Origin: Candidatus Latescibacterota bacterium
GTDB lineage: Bacteria; Krumholzibacteriota; Krumholzibacteriia; WVZY01
Assembly (NCBI GenBank): GCA_963791045.1
Contig: CAWBQK010000018.1
Coordinates: 64,001-128,000 of the forward strand
Reading direction: 5' to 3'
Length of the DNA: 64,000 nucleotides
Part shown: piece by piece, positions 38,092-47,790 of the stretch
Position numbering within the stretch: position 1 is the stretch's first letter
How the letters are laid out: each line of letters begins with the position of its first letter
Notes under the pieces: generated by a model
What the model saw: the letters and a program-made list of their open reading frames with translations, nothing else
What the model was told of the DNA's origin: nothing
Databases searched by the model: none
Program-made: the position numbers and the translations under genes

Positions 38092-39030
38092 ATGAACAGA
38101 ACGGGTCGAGAGTCCGCCGGACGGTGGGGAAGAATCGCCGTCGCGTTTGTCTTCTGGATCGTCATGGCATCTGCTGTATGGGCGGCCGAAGAGGCCGCAG
38201 GGAACAAACCACCGGGTGTCATGGACATCCTTCTCCTCCCCCGGGTGTGGGTTGGGATCGTCTTTTGTGTGATAGGCCTGGTGTTGTTGATTTCGTCGAA
38301 AGCGACCCGGGGGGTTCGTCTGGCGATATTGCCGATTATCTTCTTTGTGTTTGGCGTACTCGCGATTCTTCCCCTCGGTAGTTTTGCCCGCGGAATGGGT
38401 CTCCACCCCAGTCCCGTGTGCGCGATAACGCGCCCATTTCAATTTGTCTATAATGACAGGTCGATTCCCGTAATGTTTTTTGCCATCCTGGGCGTGATCG
38501 GGGTGTTGTCGATTGCGGGAAACAAGTTGTTTTGTGGTTGGGTGTGTCCGCTCGGGGCTATCCAGGAGATCTTCCACCGCATACCGGTGCCGAAGCGTTT
38601 CAAAGTAATCCTTCCGTTCAGGGCGACCAACGCGATCAGAGTGCTTGTGTTTGCCGTGTTTCTCGTCGTTGTTTTTGTCGGCGGAACGAGTATTTATGAC
38701 TACTTCAACCCGTTCGAGTTTTTCCACTGGTCGTTCGAACTGGTCGCTGGCATAGCGCTCTTCGTTGCGTTGCTGATTTCGCTCGCCGTGTTCAGGCCGT
38801 TCTGCTATCTCGTGTGTCCGATCGGACTCGCGACATGGATCCTCGAACATTTTTCGATTGTGAGAATTCGCCTGGATAAGGACGCGTGCACGGATTGCGA
38901 TGTGTGCGTCAAGAAGGGGCCGTGCCCGGCCATCAAGCCGATTCTCGAGGGCAAGAGATCTCGCCCCGATTGTCACGCGTGCGGCGATTGCATCTCGATA
39001 TGCCCCAAGGGCGCTCTGAAATTCAAATAG
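38092..39030 (+). CDS. Membrane 4Fe-4S binding protein (NapH/MauN/YccM-type polyferredoxin)
   Basis: TM helices; FCGWVCPLGAIQE and FCYLVCPIG; CTDCDVCVKKGPCP and CHACGDCISICP; AAGGAG RBS. Confidence 0.92.
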   Translation: MNRTGRESAGRWGRIAVAFVFWIVMASAVWAAEEAAGNKPPGVMDILLLPRVWVGIVFCVIGLVLLISSKATRGVRLAILPIIFFVFGVLAILPLGSFARGMGLHPSPVCAITRPFQFVYNDRSIPVMFFAILGVIGVLSIAGNKLFCGWVCPLGAIQEIFHRIPVPKRFKVILPFRATNAIRVLVFAVFLVVVFVGGTSIYDYFNPFEFFHWSFELVAGIALFVALLISLAVFRPFCYLVCPIGLATWILEHFSIVRIRLDKDACTDCDVCVKKGPCPAIKPILEGKRSRPDCHACGDCISICPKGALKFK

Positions 39031-39094
39031 GCGGCAACCCGTTGGCGCCGACGTTCACGTGTCGTTCGCCACGAGCAAAAGGGAGAGGATTGTC

Positions 39095-40567
39095 TTGAGC
39101 AATTCGGTGGCTATATCCGCATTGATGGACGAGAGCGGTGTCAAGTTCGGCACCAGCGGCGCGCGAGGGCTTGTGACGGACATGACCGATGCGGTGTGTT
39201 ACGCGTACACACTGGGTTTTCTCAAATATCTCGAGGGTGTGGGGGAGCTCCCGCGAAAGGACAGGCGCGTGGCCATCGCCGGCGATAATCGCAACAGCAC
39301 CGACCGTATCATGACGGCCGCTTCGCGGGCAGTCCTCGATGGCGGATATCAACCCGTCAATTGCGGCAAGATACCGTCTCCCGCCGTTGCGCTTCTTGGC
39401 ATGCGGGAAGGAATCCCCGCGGTCATGGTGACGGGGAGCCACATACCCGATGACAGGAACGGAATCAAGTACAACAAGGCTACCGGTGAGATACTCAAAA
39501 AGGACGAAAAAGGGATAAAGGAGCAGACGGTAACGCTACCTGAGCTTTTTGACGATGCGGGCATGTTTAAGGATCAACAATCGCTCCCGCCGGTTGACGG
39601 CGAAGCCGCCGAAATCTATGTGAAACGATGGCTCGATGCCTTTGGCCGCGGCTGCCTGGCGGGAAAGCACATCGGGCTCTACGAACACTCGGCTGTCGGC
39701 AGGGATCTTCTGTATGAAATCTACACCGGCCTCGGCGCCGAGGTCACACGCCTTGCGCGTTCGGAAGCGTTCATTCCAGTCGATACCGAGGCAATCCGTC
39801 CCGAAGATGTCCGCCTCGCGCAAGAGTGGGCGAAGGAGTACGAGTTCGACACGATAGTATCGACGGACGGCGACAGCGATCGGCCGCTCATGAGCGACGA
39901 GAAGGGTCAATGGCTGCGTGGGGATGTGGCGGGGATCGTGACGGCGAAGTTTCTTGGAGCCGATATTGTCGTGACTCCCGTGAGTTGTAACACGGCGGTG
40001 GAAAAGAGTGGGTATTTCGAGCGGGTGCACCGGACGCGAATCGGTTCACCGTTTGTAATCGAACAGATGCTTGCCGCGGTGGAGGAAGGTGGTCGTTGCG
40101 TTGTCGGCTATGAGGCCAACGGTGGGTTTCTCACAGCCTCACCGGTAACGCTCGACGGCGGTGTGCTGGACCCGCTGCCCACGCGCGATCCCGTGATCGT
40201 TCACCTCGGAATTCTGATCCAGTCCATCCGCGAAAATGTTTCCGTGTCGCGGTTGTTCGAATCGCTTCCGCAGCGTTTCACGGCGAGCGGTCGCCTGAAG
40301 GAATTTCCCGTCGAAAAAAGCAAGACGCGTATCGCCGAATTGATCGCCGCGGGCAAAGAGGGGATCGGGGAAACGTTCCCCGCATTCGGAAATGTCAAAC
40401 ACACGGATACGACCGACGGACTCAGGATCACCTTCGAGAACGACGAGATTCTCCACCTGCGCCCATCGGGGAACGCGCCCGAATTGAGGTGCTACACGGA
40501 AGCGTCGACTGAGAAGCGGGCGTGGGAAATCAACGAGATGGGCGTGAAAGTGCTCCGGACGTGGTAG
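39095..40567 (+). CDS. manB: Phosphomannomutase / phosphoglucomutase (alpha-D-phosphohexomutase)
   Basis: FGTSGARG, TGSHIP phosphoserine loop, DGDSDR metal loop, GYEANGG, RPSGNAPELRCY. Start (TTG 39095) is uncertain. Confidence 0.9.
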   Translation: MSNSVAISALMDESGVKFGTSGARGLVTDMTDAVCYAYTLGFLKYLEGVGELPRKDRRVAIAGDNRNSTDRIMTAASRAVLDGGYQPVNCGKIPSPAVALLGMREGIPAVMVTGSHIPDDRNGIKYNKATGEILKKDEKGIKEQTVTLPELFDDAGMFKDQQSLPPVDGEAAEIYVKRWLDAFGRGCLAGKHIGLYEHSAVGRDLLYEIYTGLGAEVTRLARSEAFIPVDTEAIRPEDVRLAQEWAKEYEFDTIVSTDGDSDRPLMSDEKGQWLRGDVAGIVTAKFLGADIVVTPVSCNTAVEKSGYFERVHRTRIGSPFVIEQMLAAVEEGGRCVVGYEANGGFLTASPVTLDGGVLDPLPTRDPVIVHLGILIQSIRENVSVSRLFESLPQRFTASGRLKEFPVEKSKTRIAELIAAGKEGIGETFPAFGNVKHTDTTDGLRITFENDEILHLRPSGNAPELRCYTEASTEKRAWEINEMGVKVLRTW

Positions 40568-40649
40568 CCAGTCTGTTGCCGTATCGCACATAATAACAAA
40601 GCTATAGGGGTATTAGTTCGAGTTCTGCTTCTGCTTCTCTCGAAGAGGA

Positions 40650-40760
40650 CGGTGCGGGCTTTCGAAAGGCCCTTTCGCGGGAGCGAGCGAGAATCCACCG
40701 TCGGCGTAGCCGGCGGTTAGTCGAGCGAAGCGGAGCGAGGGCCAGAGAAAGATCGCACCG
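40650..40760. repeat. Nested-stem intergenic palindromic element (REP/MITE-like or structured RNA)
   Basis: Outer stem 40650-63/40747-60, middle stem 40668-78/40735-43, apical stem 40697-705/40709-717. Confidence 0.45.
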
Positions 40761-40776
40761 GTCGACCCGCGCCGAA

Positions 40777-43542
40777 TCAATTATCTTGAGGCCCTGGGAA
40801 TGGGGCGTCGGGCTGAACATCCAGATCGATCCACGAATTTGAGTCGAGGCTTGAGAGATACGCCGTACGCGCGGCGCGGCGCTCCGTCGCGAGCGGACGA
40901 ATTCCCACTATCCATACGTTGTCACCATCGAAGCCGAGGTCGAGAACTACGGGTGAGTGCGTCGAACTCCCGGTGAACCTGCGAAGCTCGGAACGAACCA
41001 CCGAGACGAGATGTCGGAAAGCAAGGCGTCCGGTCGTTCCCGTCATCTCATTCATTTCACGCGTGTAGCCAACACCAAGCCCGCCGCCCGCGGAGAGAAC
41101 CGAATACTCGAGCTGTCTGACCGGCGACAACAGCACATCCGTTCCGTCCGCTTTCAGAAGCGAGGTCTCGCGGCTGTGATCGTCGTTCGCGACGCCCCAG
41201 CCAATCGAAACAGTTATGTCCTCGGGTTCACTGTTGACGAGCCCGGTCGTAATTATTACGCCGGACTTCTCGAAGTTGATGGCGCGTTGAATCAGAATCG
41301 AAGCGTAGAGTTTCTCTGGGTCGTTAAGTTGCCGCTGGCGGGCGTGGTAGCTTGCGTCTAAAAAAACGGAGGCCCAGGCGTCCAGGATCGCCCTGTGTAT
41401 GGTGGATTCGCTCGTGAGGTTGTAATGAATGGGATTGTTGAAATCCATAACGGCCTCAAGACCGGATGCGTTCGTGTGGGTGACAAGATTGACGGGGGCC
41501 GTTCCAATCGGCATCTCGAAGACTTGCGCGAATGTCGTGGACAAGTTACTTCGAAACTCGGGCGTGAGCGGCATCGATTGCAGCATTTCGCGAAGCTGCG
41601 CAAAACGCAGCAATACAATGTGGTCGATTACGCTTTCGAGTTCGCCGTCTTCCCGCCATTCGCGCGCCTTTTCGAATGTTTCTTCCACAAAGTCCCAGTA
41701 GGTCCGGTCGGTGCCGGGCTGGCTTTGATCGAAGTGATCTCGAAACACGCCGAACGGTATCACAAACCCTTTGGGAACTGCGTCGGGGAAACGGGTCGAG
41801 AGAACACCGATGGCGGATGCGCGGTCGCCACAGACCCGGCCGAAACCCATCGCGGCAATAGAGGTCATGGGAATGCAATTGGTTTCATCAAGGTCGATGC
41901 CGTCGGTTCGAATCATATTATCGTCGATATCGGGAACCGACACGCCGATGAGCCGTGACTCGTCTTCGGTTGCATCGGCGGCCGGTTTGAAAACAACCCG
42001 GCCCTGCGGCGACACCGCATAGAACATCGCCGTTCCATTTGCTGAATCGATAACGGCGAATGCGCCGGTTGATACGATCGATACGGGAAACCGGAGAGCC
42101 GACGCGTGAGGCCATACAAACGAGCCGGCGCGGACGCTGTCGGGGCTCATATATGCGCTGGCCGCGCGGGCGTCCGGCAGTCGGGGAAGCACATAAATCG
42201 TATCGGCGGAGAAGGAAACGATTGTGTCGGTAACGGCGGCAAAACGCAGAACGCCACCGGTCACTCCCGGACTCATTCCCCTGAAATGCGATTGAATCGA
42301 ATCGGCGAGTGCCTTGTTGTCAGGCGCGGTCAGTCCGGCGAGGTATAATTGTGTTTCACCCACCGCGACACTCATTTCTTCGAGAAGCGTCGACCGCATA
42401 CGGTGATTGATGAACCCCGCGGCGAGCGGTTCGAACCCCGAGAAAAGATCCTCGACAGTCCGGTAGTGCGCGGCGAACATCGCCGTTCCCCCGTCAAAAG
42501 CCCGGCGGGCCGCGGCCGAATAGGAATCGATCGGTATAGGTGCGCGGCTCATCCCGTCATCATCGACCGCCAACGATGGCGATATTTTTCCCCACTCCCA
42601 GAGCCCGATGTACCCACACCCCGTCAGCGCGCGCGCCAGGGTATAATTCTTGTTCAGCGCTTCGACGACTGTTTTTGGGCGCCACTGCGCCGCGCGCTCG
42701 ATGAGGATTTCTTCGAGATACAGTGACAGGTCGATGGCGTTGAGCCGCCACGCCGGTTCCACGGTAAGAATGTTTTCTCGAATGTCGAAGAGAATGCCCC
42801 CAATGATCGCGGATGATTCAGCCGGCGATGGTTGGGTTTCGATCAAGGTGTTGAGCCCATTCCATACGGTGGTCCCTTCCGGTGTAAGCGCGAGATACCG
42901 CTCGAGCGACTCCTGCGGTGGTCCGGTAAGGCTGTCGGCTTCGGTGCGGGGCTCGGATGGCCGGTCGTGCGGTATGTCGCGGGCAAACTCGCGGACAACA
43001 AAATAATGTTTGGAAATCATATCGTCGCGTTCGCAAAGCGATGACATGAAGCCCAGGCCCCACTGTGCTTCGGCAACCGAATCCACAAGCCCGGGGGTGA
43101 AACGGGCGGTCCGCATGATCCAACCATCATCGACCTCCCGCAGGTACTTTTCGACCTGGTACTGTTTTGCCCGCGAGAAAATCCTGTCATAGTCGAGGAA
43201 CACTTCGTATTGGGTCGCGTTGAGGATCTGGCCGATATAGATCCCCCGGTGCCGTCCGATTTCATCGACGAAATTCTTTGGCAGTCCGTGCCTGATACCC
43301 CCGATCGAATCGCAGGGCTCATCCCCGGGGCGTACCGAACCATCGTCGCACAACCAGTACACGCCGTCGTAGGGACCCAGCGAATCCGCTTTGATCTCGG
43401 TTACGAACCCGGCGAGCCGCTGGTCCTCTGGGCTTGTTTCGCCGTTTTCGCCCGATACGTGGGTCGGCGCACAAAAAAAGAGAAGGAAGGCCGCCGCCAT
43501 CCATACAACGTATCTGGCCTGTGTATGTATATAATGAGACAT
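40777..43542 (-). CDS. Secreted protein with a degenerate C-terminal PEP synthase/PPDK nucleotide-binding (ATP-grasp) domain
   Basis: Signal peptide; VPKGFVIPFGVF, AILDAWASVF, SILIQRAINFEKSGVIIT, IRP. The usual ATP-binding residues are substituted. Confidence 0.75.
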   Translation of the reverse strand: MSHYIHTQARYVVWMAAAFLLFFCAPTHVSGENGETSPEDQRLAGFVTEIKADSLGPYDGVYWLCDDGSVRPGDEPCDSIGGIRHGLPKNFVDEIGRHRGIYIGQILNATQYEVFLDYDRIFSRAKQYQVEKYLREVDDGWIMRTARFTPGLVDSVAEAQWGLGFMSSLCERDDMISKHYFVVREFARDIPHDRPSEPRTEADSLTGPPQESLERYLALTPEGTTVWNGLNTLIETQPSPAESSAIIGGILFDIRENILTVEPAWRLNAIDLSLYLEEILIERAAQWRPKTVVEALNKNYTLARALTGCGYIGLWEWGKISPSLAVDDDGMSRAPIPIDSYSAAARRAFDGGTAMFAAHYRTVEDLFSGFEPLAAGFINHRMRSTLLEEMSVAVGETQLYLAGLTAPDNKALADSIQSHFRGMSPGVTGGVLRFAAVTDTIVSFSADTIYVLPRLPDARAASAYMSPDSVRAGSFVWPHASALRFPVSIVSTGAFAVIDSANGTAMFYAVSPQGRVVFKPAADATEDESRLIGVSVPDIDDNMIRTDGIDLDETNCIPMTSIAAMGFGRVCGDRASAIGVLSTRFPDAVPKGFVIPFGVFRDHFDQSQPGTDRTYWDFVEETFEKAREWREDGELESVIDHIVLLRFAQLREMLQSMPLTPEFRSNLSTTFAQVFEMPIGTAPVNLVTHTNASGLEAVMDFNNPIHYNLTSESTIHRAILDAWASVFLDASYHARQRQLNDPEKLYASILIQRAINFEKSGVIITTGLVNSEPEDITVSIGWGVANDDHSRETSLLKADGTDVLLSPVRQLEYSVLSAGGGLGVGYTREMNEMTGTTGRLAFRHLVSVVRSELRRFTGSSTHSPVVLDLGFDGDNVWIVGIRPLATERRAARTAYLSSLDSNSWIDLDVQPDAPFPGPQDN

Positions 43543-43788
43543 TGTTCGCAATCTTTGTTTGCAGGTGGGGGGAAAAGAACCTCGATGGCCCCTTCCGACA
43601 AATACTGATTTACATTTGCGCGCACATCCCTATACGCTATGTTCGACTCAGAACCAGAGGGTAAGAAACAATCGGGCGAATTACAAGAGGTCATCGACCG
43701 CCGCCTGCGGTTTCATCGTATTCGGAGATTCCCGACAGGGCTCGCCTGGTGCCGGTGACGGGTATATGCTTTTCCCAAGGAGGTCCGC

Positions 43789-44175
43789 ATGGGGCGGCCA
43801 GTAGTGTTTTTCGATATCGGATGTGAGGACACAAAAAAGACAGCCGAATTCTATTCGAAGGTCTTTGACTGGGGAACGGAAGAGGCCAGCCCGCACTCGG
43901 TCACAGTGGATACCGAGTCGGACGAGGGAATCAACGGAGCGATAACCTCGCTGGGGCAGGAACCACACAACTATATAATGATCTACATCGAAGTAGAGGA
44001 CATGAACGCTTATCTGGACAAAATCGAAGAGAACGGCGGGGAAGTCCTCATTCCAACGACGGACGTGGAAGGCGAAGGGCTGTTCGCGTTGTTTGCGGAT
44101 CCTGAGGGAAACAAGATGGGTATGTGGCAGAGGGAAGAAGAGGAGATCGAGTTAGAGATGGAGGACGACGGATAG
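43789..44175 (+). CDS. VOC (glyoxalase/bleomycin-resistance) family protein with acidic tail
   Basis: PVVFFDI...AEFYSKVFDW...INGAI...IYIEVED...FADPEGNKMGMW; AAGGAGG RBS. Confidence 0.92.
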   Translation: MGRPVVFFDIGCEDTKKTAEFYSKVFDWGTEEASPHSVTVDTESDEGINGAITSLGQEPHNYIMIYIEVEDMNAYLDKIEENGGEVLIPTTDVEGEGLFALFADPEGNKMGMWQREEEEIELEMEDDG

Positions 44176-44189
44176 CGGCGGCCTCGATA

Positions 44190-45491
44190 TCAGCGGATAT
44201 ACCCCAGGCTCCTAAGTTTTCGGGTCAGGCTCTCGTCTATTTTCACTTCACGGACGGGAGCCTTTTCCGTTGAGAAATGAAGGGCCAGGGCTTTCATCAG
44301 GCGTCTTGCCCGCGGGTCGGTCTCTATATATATGTTGTTTTCCTCGCGCGGGTCCGCGACCAGATCAAACATGTAAATCCCAGGTTTGACATTCTTTATT
44401 ATCGTGGATGTCTTTCGGCTCTTTTCGGGGAGCTTTTTGACATCCTTTCCCTCGACGACGACGAGTTTGTGCCGGCCATGTACGATTCCACGCTGGCTTG
44501 CCTTGGGGGGTCTGTCTCGCTCGAGAAAAACCGGCGCGTTGTCCTCTCCCGAATCGAGCAGGTTTCTCCCCGGGAGGTTCAATCCAGGCGCGGGTTCGAT
44601 GTCGAGCATGCCGAGGAGAGTGGGAACGAGATCGGTTTGTTCGACTACCGAGTCGTCGATTCCGGGTTTGATGAACGGGGCCCAGATGACGAGCGGGACC
44701 CTTATCACTTCATCATAGAGGGTGTAGTGGTACTGGCCCCGGTGATCGCCGAACTCCTCACCGTGGTCGGACGTGAACACTATAATCGTCCTGTCCATCA
44801 CGCCCTTTTTTTCGAGCGCGGCGATGACACGCCCGATGTGTCTGTCCGTGTGCGCGATTTCCTGATCGTAACGGTCGAGATCGGTCGTGCCCCAGTCGCC
44901 CCACTCCTCGTGCCAGATATATAGATAGTGGGGGTCAAAATAGTGGGACCACATAAAGAATGGCTCGCGAAGGGTATCGAGGTCCGCCACAACGAGGTCG
45001 GTGAGCTGCTCCGCCGTGGCGACATTGTGCGGATACCCGACATCGAGAACGGATATGTCATATTTGTCGAATCCGCGGTTGAGCCCGTACTTGGGTGTCA
45101 GGATCACGTGGCTGACAAAAGCGCTCGTGGTATATCCATGATCTTTGAGTATCGAGGGAAGCGTGGGAACGTCGTCCGCCATCGCCCAGTGGAAATCGGT
45201 CGCTCCATGATCGCGCGGGTATCGGCCCGACAGCAGTGTGGCCATCGATGGCAGAGTCCATCCCGACACACTGTAGCAGTTGGTATAGGTGATGCCCTCG
45301 TACGCGATCTTGTCAATGACCGGGCTCGTCTCGCGTTCATAGCCATGGTAGGTCAGGTGGTCGGGACGGAGTGTGTCGACGCTTATGAACAACACATTGT
45401 ACGGTCCATCGTATCCGCGGGGCACGATTGCCCAAATGCCGATTGCCACGATGACGACCACTGCGAGGACTGTTGCCAATTTCTTGTTCAT
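44190..45491 (-). CDS. Sulfatase / alkaline-phosphatase superfamily protein, membrane-anchored, Thr-type active site
   Basis: NVLFISVDTLRPDHL, WTLPSMATLLSG, HYFDPH, TSDHGEEF, RVPLVI, C-terminal LRSLGYIR; N-terminal anchor. Confidence 0.9.
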   Translation of the reverse strand: MNKKLATVLAVVVIVAIGIWAIVPRGYDGPYNVLFISVDTLRPDHLTYHGYERETSPVIDKIAYEGITYTNCYSVSGWTLPSMATLLSGRYPRDHGATDFHWAMADDVPTLPSILKDHGYTTSAFVSHVILTPKYGLNRGFDKYDISVLDVGYPHNVATAEQLTDLVVADLDTLREPFFMWSHYFDPHYLYIWHEEWGDWGTTDLDRYDQEIAHTDRHIGRVIAALEKKGVMDRTIIVFTSDHGEEFGDHRGQYHYTLYDEVIRVPLVIWAPFIKPGIDDSVVEQTDLVPTLLGMLDIEPAPGLNLPGRNLLDSGEDNAPVFLERDRPPKASQRGIVHGRHKLVVVEGKDVKKLPEKSRKTSTIIKNVKPGIYMFDLVADPREENNIYIETDPRARRLMKALALHFSTEKAPVREVKIDESLTRKLRSLGYIR

Positions 45492-45611
45492 GCGAACCAG
45501 TTGCGCCTCTGCCGGTTCGGCGCATATTTAAAGGCTAATATAAATCCATGTGAAATCACTTCCGAGCGATCCCTATTATAGAGGCATCCTCGATTCAATC
45601 CACAATAATTC

Positions 45612-47513
45612 TTACGGGTCCGTCATATCGTCAATCGCGTCGAGCATTATCGTTGGCGGATCCAGACGGCGGCAGTCAGCGAACGCCTTCGCCGCTCTTT
45701 CCGGAAATCCCTCTCCCCGATACGCGACACCGAGATAGTAATGATAGTAGGGATTTTCGGAATTGAGTTCGATGCCGGCCACGCAGACACGGATCACTTC
45801 CGGCATATTGTCCGTTCGAACGAGCGCTTCAATATAGACCTCGCGGGCGAGATCGTATTCCGGATTTGCATCGAGGTACGATTTCAATGTGGAGGTGGCC
45901 CGTTCGATTTCGCCGGACCGAAGCCGGGCCGAACAAGCCGATACAAGGTGGCGGGGATTGCCCGATACGGCGTATGCCTTGTCGTAGGTGATCGCTTTGC
46001 CGGCGAAATCGCCACGGTCTTCGAAGTGCATGGCCAGAATCTCGTAGCCGTATCCCGCGTCTATGCTCTCGAGATCGAGGATCGACCGGTACCGATCCAC
46101 CGATCTGGTTTCGTTCGCGTTTATTCCCACCCAGGGGATCACTATCGCGAGGCCGGTCACCACAGCGGGGGCAAGAAAGCGCGACAAACAGGCTCGAACT
46201 TCGGCGTGGTCGACGGCACGGCGCGCGAGGACGAGCAGTGGAAGAGCCGCCCCGAATGCCGGGCTCGCAAAGAGGTCCCAGTCCCGAGCCATTCCCAGTT
46301 CGGGCAGAAAGGCGATTAAAAACAGAAAGCACGGAACATGAATTGTAACAGCGAACGCGAGATCCCTCGCTCCGGCGGGCTCATCGGATGCGCCGGGGCA
46401 GTGACGCTCCGGATCGGCATCCGAGGTCCGTCCCGCGATCCTGCCCGCCACTGCCAACGCCACCAGGAGAGGAGCGATCGGAACGATCAACAACACCTCG
46501 TTCGCGATGTCGGCAATGTGCGCCGGATCAAGAACACCGGATGTGCTTTCTCCCGAAAAGAGGGGCAAGAAAAAGCCACCCCATCCCGGTATGCGGGACG
46601 CCACAACGGCGGCGGTTACGGTAGCGCCGCAAATCGCGGCGCTAAGCGTCCGTCGGCCGCGCACGCCGATACGGGTGAGAAGGATAAATATGAAAGAGGG
46701 GCCGAGAAGCAGCGCCTGGTAATGAAACAGAACGGCGAGAACGAAAAGAGCGCAGGGGATCAACACGTGTTTGCGCCCGTGAAGATGTTCGAATGCCGTC
46801 GCGATGTAAAGAGTGACGAGGACGACCATCGGCGCATAGGTTTCGATGTAGCCAAAGAAGAGTTGAATGCCGCCCGATACAAAAAGGGCTGCTGGAAGGA
46901 GAACCAGGAATTCAACTCGCGCGCGGCTTCTGTATACGATTCCAATTGCGGCCAGAACAAAGAGGCAACCAAGCAGTCCATTTAGAAATCGCCAGGCCGA
47001 TAGGGGATCGCTAGCGCCTGAGAGCTTTGCTGCCGCGTAAACAAGAAGATTTGTGGCGGGGGCCATCGAATCATCGAGAACGGTTCGCGCGAAATAACCG
47101 AAGGTCACGTCGCCGCTGCCGGCCATCCGGACGAGGAGCTTTGACTGGAGCTGTCCGTCGCCGAGAAGCTCCGTGGATGCCTGGAAAGCGATGAACAAAC
47201 CCAGCGCCGAGAGAACGGCCGCGCCGGCAAAGATCCCGCGCCGGGCGGAAGTGGCGTTTATAAACTCGAAAGCGGATATCCAGCGGTTGTACAGCCATTC
47301 TCCCGCACCGGGAAGAAGGGTCAGCGCGGCGACAAAGAGGGCCCCCAGGCGGACGAACGGCGGAAAGTACGAGAGATGATCGACACCCCACAGCCGCAAG
47401 TGTGGAACGAACGAGCCGGCCGCGACCAGGGCGAGCAGCAGACCGTTGGCGACGAGAAAAACAAAATCCAGTTTTGATTCCGAGTGGGTTTCCGCGGGCA
47501 TGGGCGGTTTCAC
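45612..47513 (-). CDS. Polytopic membrane protein (GT-C-like topology) with C-terminal TPRs
   Basis: About 12 hydrophobic segments; LLGDG, FFGYIETY and ARDWDLF loops; C-terminal TPR (YHYYLGVAY). GAGGAG 8 nt before GTG 47513. Confidence 0.75.
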   Translation of the reverse strand: MKPPMPAETHSESKLDFVFLVANGLLLALVAAGSFVPHLRLWGVDHLSYFPPFVRLGALFVAALTLLPGAGEWLYNRWISAFEFINATSARRGIFAGAAVLSALGLFIAFQASTELLGDGQLQSKLLVRMAGSGDVTFGYFARTVLDDSMAPATNLLVYAAAKLSGASDPLSAWRFLNGLLGCLFVLAAIGIVYRSRARVEFLVLLPAALFVSGGIQLFFGYIETYAPMVVLVTLYIATAFEHLHGRKHVLIPCALFVLAVLFHYQALLLGPSFIFILLTRIGVRGRRTLSAAICGATVTAAVVASRIPGWGGFFLPLFSGESTSGVLDPAHIADIANEVLLIVPIAPLLVALAVAGRIAGRTSDADPERHCPGASDEPAGARDLAFAVTIHVPCFLFLIAFLPELGMARDWDLFASPAFGAALPLLVLARRAVDHAEVRACLSRFLAPAVVTGLAIVIPWVGINANETRSVDRYRSILDLESIDAGYGYEILAMHFEDRGDFAGKAITYDKAYAVSGNPRHLVSACSARLRSGEIERATSTLKSYLDANPEYDLAREVYIEALVRTDNMPEVIRVCVAGIELNSENPYYHYYLGVAYRGEGFPERAAKAFADCRRLDPPTIMLDAIDDMTDP

Positions 47514-47608
47514 GTCTGAGACTCCTCATTTTGACGATTTGATTCGTTGGATTGTAACAGCAGGGGGGGTAAAATTCCATCGCGACACGCCCCACCGAAG
47601 ACAGAGGA

Positions 47609-47624
47609 TGGCTCGCAAATTGCT
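47609..47624 (+). promoter_or_regulatory. Sigma-54 (-24/-12) promoter
   Basis: TGGCTCGCAAATTGCT: one mismatch to TGGCACG-N4-TTGCW with exact GG-N10-GC spacing, in the divergent intergenic region upstream of 47791. Confidence 0.65.
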
Positions 47625-47790
47625 CGATCGAAGGGTTGGATCGCTCTATGTACAGGGCGAAGCGTCTCCGGCGAGGGTGGTATCCATCACCGGGAGGCAG
47701 CGGCGTCGGAACGGAAACCGTCGCCGGTATCGGTCAAAGTACGAGATCCAGGCCGGCGACCAGGTCGCCGGTCACACCCGGGAGTCGATA

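Noticed and set aside
37783-38976. 398-aa N-terminal extension of the 1197-aa ORF
   Set aside because: It is the antisense shadow of the polyferredoxin gene. RBS and signal peptide mark the real start at 37782.
47446-47790. N-terminal extension of the 289-aa ORF
   Set aside because: It overlaps the divergent gene and promoter; the signal peptide begins at 47791.
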